Virus record (IMG/VR): IMGVR_UViG_3300033463_000034
DNA: 33,831 bases
Origin: a virus
Taxonomy: Duplodnaviria > Heunggongvirae > Uroviricota > Caudoviricetes
Reading direction: 5' to 3' (one strand)
The notes beneath the pieces are model-generated. The model was not told where the DNA came from and searched no databases. It saw only the letters and a list, made by a program, of their open reading frames with translations. The translations under genes and the position numbers were made by a program. Positions 31,146 through 33,831 of this stretch are shown piece after piece. Position 1 is the stretch's first letter. Each line of letters begins with the position of its first letter.

Positions 31146-31253
31146 GTTTTAAATTAATACTTTACATTTGGTTGACAGCGGGCCGCCTTCGTGGGTCATT
31201 TCTCGCTGCGGCCCGCATTTTTACAGAGACTTTACATGTAAAGTTTTGTCAAT

Positions 31254-31283
31254 CGAACATTGGTTCTAGCGAACAAATGTATT
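31254..31283. promoter_or_regulatory. Tandem LexA boxes (one good, one degenerate)
   Basis: CGAACATTGGTTCT (31254-31267) and CGAACAAATGTATT (31270-31283). Confidence 0.7.
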
Positions 31284-31318
31284 TTTCCCAAAATTATTAA
31301 AAAAAATTAAAAAAAGTA

Positions 31319-31347
31319 TTGACTTGTTGCCGCCATTGTGCTATAAT
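31319..31347 (+). promoter_or_regulatory. sigmaA promoter P8
   Basis: TTGACT - 17 nt - TG-C-TATAAT. Confidence 0.9.
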
Positions 31348-31376
31348 ATTTATAGAGAAAAGGAAAAGGTGAGAGA

Positions 31377-31778
31377 ATGAAAAAAGTTTACTTAGACATG
31401 GACGGAACTATCGCTAATTTATACACACAAAATAACTGGTTAGAAAGATTAGAAAACGAAGATAAAACAATATTTTTAGATTGTAAGCCAATGACTACAC
31501 AAGAAACATTATTAAAATTATTTCCTATTGATAAATTTGAAATAGTTATCTTAACAATGACACCAAAAAATTGTTCTATTAAATATCATAATCAAGTAAT
31601 AGAACAAAAGAAACAATGGTTAGAAAAGTTTTTCCCAATGTTAAAAAAACAAATATTTATTAAGTATGGAAATAATAAAAACTTAAAAAATAGTGCTAAT
31701 GCAATTTTAATTGATGATAATGCGGTTATTCGTGATAATTTCCGCGGAATTGCACTTAATCCCGCAAACCTTTGGTAA
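31377..31778 (+). CDS. HAD-superfamily 5'(3')-deoxyribonucleotidase-like protein (NT5C-like), 133 aa
   Basis: Motif I VYLDMDGTIANL, motif II ILT, K..WL, motif IV ILIDD. Confidence 0.8.
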   Translation: MKKVYLDMDGTIANLYTQNNWLERLENEDKTIFLDCKPMTTQETLLKLFPIDKFEIVILTMTPKNCSIKYHNQVIEQKKQWLEKFFPMLKKQIFIKYGNNKNLKNSANAILIDDNAVIRDNFRGIALNPANLW

Positions 31779-31806
31779 AAAAAATAAAAAATATTTAAAA
31801 AAACTA

Positions 31807-31835
31807 TTGACAATATTTTTTAAAAATGATATAAT
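31807..31835 (+). promoter_or_regulatory. sigmaA promoter P9
   Basis: TTGACA - 17 nt - TG-A-TATAAT. Confidence 0.9.
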
Positions 31836-31870
31836 TATAATGTAATAAAGAAAGAGAGAGATAAATTAAA

Positions 31871-32614
31871 ATGACAAAGAAAATTGACTTGAAAAAAGAA
31901 AAATATCTACTTTTTGTAGATACTGAAACAATAGGAACTTTAAATGTAAAAGAAAGTGTACTACCATTTGAAATAGGTATTAAAGTATTAGATACTGAAA
32001 CAAATAAAATTGTTAAAGAAAAAAGTTATTTAGTAAGAAAATTCTTTAATAATAAATATATAATGTTATCAACATTTAGTGCTACAAAATATCCAAATTA
32101 TTTTGAAAAGTTAGAAAATGATAAAAGATACAAAACAATGAGTGCTAATGATATTTCAAAAGATTTAGAAAAAACAATTCAAAGATATAATATTAAAATA
32201 ATGGTTGCACACAATGGAAACTTTGACCAACAAGCAATAGCAAGATTATTTGAGGACTTTGGAGTTGAAAATCCACTTGAAAATATTGATTTACTTGATA
32301 CAATGGAAATATCAAAAATAATAACATTTAGTAAAGATTATGCTAACTATTGTATAGAAAATAAAGATAGATTAAATAGTTTAAAAGAAAGTTGTTTTAT
32401 AACTAATAGTGGTAGAGTAAGAACAACAGCACAAGCAATTTATTGCTATTTATCAAATAATGCCGACTTTCAAGAAGCACACACAGGACTTGAAGATATA
32501 GACATTGAAATAGAAATATTTAAAAAATCTATGGAAATGTTAGGAAATACAATAGTAAATCTAAACACTGCACCAACTTGGAGAGATTATTCAAAAGTAA
32601 TTGAAGAAGATTAA
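31871..32614 (+). CDS. DEDDh (DnaQ-like) 3'-5' exonuclease, 247 aa
   Basis: ExoI FVDTETIG, ExoII VAHNGNFD, LDT, ExoIII EAHTGLEDI. Confidence 0.88.
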   Translation: MTKKIDLKKEKYLLFVDTETIGTLNVKESVLPFEIGIKVLDTETNKIVKEKSYLVRKFFNNKYIMLSTFSATKYPNYFEKLENDKRYKTMSANDISKDLEKTIQRYNIKIMVAHNGNFDQQAIARLFEDFGVENPLENIDLLDTMEISKIITFSKDYANYCIENKDRLNSLKESCFITNSGRVRTTAQAIYCYLSNNADFQEAHTGLEDIDIEIEIFKKSMEMLGNTIVNLNTAPTWRDYSKVIEED

Positions 32615-32646
32615 TTCTTCTTCAATTATAAAAAGGTTGTGATATT

Positions 32647-32724
32647 ATGATAAAAAAAATAAAATGGAAAATAGTTTGTATTTGTGCTTGGTTGATAAAT
32701 AAGCAAAATAGATGGGAAGATTAA
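32647..32724 (+). CDS. Putative 25-aa Trp/Cys-rich peptide
   Basis: AAAGGTTGTG leader; MIKKIKWKIVCICAWLINKQNRWED; TAA lies inside the following terminator. Confidence 0.45.
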   Translation: MIKKIKWKIVCICAWLINKQNRWED

Positions 32725-32738
32725 AAATCTTCTTTTTT
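32716..32738 (+). terminator. Intrinsic terminator
   Basis: GAAGATT/AATCTTC followed by TTTTTT. Confidence 0.7.
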
Positions 32739-32751
32739 GGTTGCGGCAATG

Positions 32752-32765
32752 CGTATTTATGTTCG
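32752..32765. promoter_or_regulatory. Degenerate LexA box
   Basis: CGTATTTATGTTCG (reverse complement CGAACATAAATACG), followed by ATTGACA. Confidence 0.5.
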
Positions 32766-32944
32766 ATTGACAAATTATTTACATTTACTTTACGCGGGCG
32801 GCGCGCTCACGATAGAAAAACTTCATTGCGCGCCGAATTTACATAAGGTTTACATATTAGAAAATCTCGTACCGCCGCGATACGCCAGGCTGCGTTGTAA
32901 GATTTTCCCAAAATAAAAAAAATTAAAAAATTTTTAAAAAATGC

Positions 32945-32973
32945 TTGACTTATTTTTAAATAAATGATATAAT
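32945..32973 (+). promoter_or_regulatory. sigmaA promoter P10
   Basis: TTGACT - 17 nt - TG-A-TATAAT. Confidence 0.9.
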
Positions 32974-33006
32974 TATTATAGAAAAAAAGGAAAGGAGATG
33001 ATTGAA

Positions 33007-33201
33007 ATGTCTACAAAAAGTAAATTAATTTATTTAAAAGTTTTAATGAATATTAAAAACAATGTTTACTCACAAAATCAAGCACAATTAAAAAATGATT
33101 TATTAATGATTAAAAGACTTTTAATCATTGAAAATCAAGATAAAACAAACTTACAAAAAATTGAAAAAAATATGCAAAAACTATTGACAAAGGCAAGTTA
33201 A
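33007..33201 (+). CDS. Hypothetical protein, ~64 aa
   Basis: Track ORF 32998..33201; ATG 33007 has the better spacing from AAGGAG. The 3' end overlaps the -35 of P11. Confidence 0.7.
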   Translation: MSTKSKLIYLKVLMNIKNNVYSQNQAQLKNDLLMIKRLLIIENQDKTNLQKIEKNMQKLLTKAS

Positions 33202-33212
33202 TATGATATAAT
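33184..33212 (+). promoter_or_regulatory. sigmaA promoter P11
   Basis: TTGACA - 17 nt - TG-A-TATAAT. Confidence 0.9.
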
Positions 33213-33244
33213 TATTATAGAAATAAAGAAAGAGAGTGATAGTT

Positions 33245-33397
33245 ATGTTAAGATTAGTTGATAGAGTTGAAAATAAAAGTTATAAAGGTTCAAAAAAATC
33301 AATTATGACTTTACTACAATTAAAGTTCAATGAGTACAAATATTATGGAATATTAAAAGGTATTGTTTGTATAAACGATACTTGGTACATAGGTTAA
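33245..33397 (+). CDS. Hypothetical protein, 50 aa (below track cut-off)
   Basis: Follows the P11 leader; MLRLVDRVENKSYKGSKKSIMTLLQLKFNEYKYYGILKGIVCINDTWYIG; TAA stop. Confidence 0.7.
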   Translation: MLRLVDRVENKSYKGSKKSIMTLLQLKFNEYKYYGILKGIVCINDTWYIG

Positions 33398-33412
33398 AAG
33401 GGGGTTGTTAAA

Positions 33413-33646
33413 ATGGTTAAATGGACTGCTCAAGAATTACTAGATACTTTCAATAAAGAAACAAATCTAGAAGAATTAAATGAGTTATACAAAGCACTAA
33501 TTGCTTATAACTTAGGTTGTACTACTATTGAAGAAGATAAACTAAACGAGGTTTTAGAATACTATTACTCTCAAGACTTTATTTATAGTATTATTAATCA
33601 AGATGTAATTGATTATGCTAATGAAATTTTAGAACAAATTCATTAA
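33413..33646 (+). CDS. Hypothetical acidic protein, 77 aa
   Basis: AAAGGGGG RBS, TAA stop. Confidence 0.75.
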   Translation: MVKWTAQELLDTFNKETNLEELNELYKALIAYNLGCTTIEEDKLNEVLEYYYSQDFIYSIINQDVIDYANEILEQIH

Positions 33647-33652
33647 AAAGTA

Positions 33653-33681
33653 TTGACTTTCTATAATAGTTATGTTATAAT
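33653..33681 (+). promoter_or_regulatory. sigmaA promoter P12 (no downstream ORF)
   Basis: TTGACT - 17 nt - TG-T-TATAAT. Confidence 0.8.
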
Positions 33682-33751
33682 TATTATAGAAAGTTAAACA
33701 AAGGTTATTACATAATTAATTTAAAAAAAATAAAAAAATTCAAAAAAACTA

Positions 33752-33780
33752 TTGACATTAAAAATTAATTATGTTATAAT
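33752..33780 (+). promoter_or_regulatory. sigmaA promoter P13
   Basis: TTGACA - 17 nt - TG-T-TATAAT. Confidence 0.85.
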
Positions 33781-33831
33781 ATAAATGTAATAAAGAAAAG
33801 GAAACTTTATTACAAATAGTTAAAAAATCCA

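Larger units (their letters stand above)
28499..33237 (+). repeat. Dispersed 31-bp exact repeat (promoter -10 plus leader), 3 copies
   Basis: TATAATTATTATAGAAATAAAGAAAGAGAGT at 28499-28529, 30093-30123 and 33207-33237; near-copies at other early promoters. Confidence 0.9.

Noticed and set aside
28224-31813. Minus-strand ORFs 28224..28415, 28282..28482 and 31592..31813
   Set aside because: Antisense to promoter-driven plus-strand genes.
27860-32940. Suppressor tRNA-Trp(UCA) in the GC-rich islands
   Set aside because: No cloverleaf, T-loop GTTCRA in stem context or 7-bp acceptor stem. The GTTCG strings belong to LexA boxes. tRNAscan-SE/ARAGORN should confirm.
28227-33780. CRISPR array
   Set aside because: The repeats are promoter/leader motifs at irregular 250-1100 bp spacing and are separated by genes.

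Overview
AT-rich (roughly 25-28% GC by eye) segment of a large tailed siphovirus-type phage, probably infecting a walled Bacillota host. It has two divergent halves. (1) 1-27260, minus strand: a morphogenesis module (HTH/Zn-finger regulator, Zn-finger TerS candidate, TerL, small nuclease, portal, protease/scaffold, capsid, head-tail joining genes, major tail protein, chaperone, ~2825-aa tape measure protein, tail protein). It only makes sense if TGA is read as Trp (genetic code 4). The standard-code ORF track is shattered at in-frame TGA codons: I traced about 56 in 13 genes, at least 33 of them in the TMP. Two genes are missing from the track entirely, and no gene in the window ends in TGA. 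(2) 27420-33831, plus strand: small early-type genes behind 13 near-consensus sigmaA promoters (TTGAC/T-17-TATAAT). They use only TGG for Trp and TAA as stop, so they translate the same in either code. The high-copy virion genes (capsid, scaffold, major tail) also avoid TGA. The early intergenic islands contain about 7-8 Gram-positive LexA (SOS/Cheo) boxes, GC-rich hairpins and TTTACAT repeats. The most interesting hypothesis (inference) is a two-lock developmental system: host LexA/SOS sites in a code-neutral early region, plus a UGA-readthrough gate on low-copy late genes, starting with a regulator whose C-terminal Zn finger lies behind its first TGA. No suppressor tRNA, release factor, integrase or lysis cassette was seen in this window. 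All counts were made by eye; no database searches were run.
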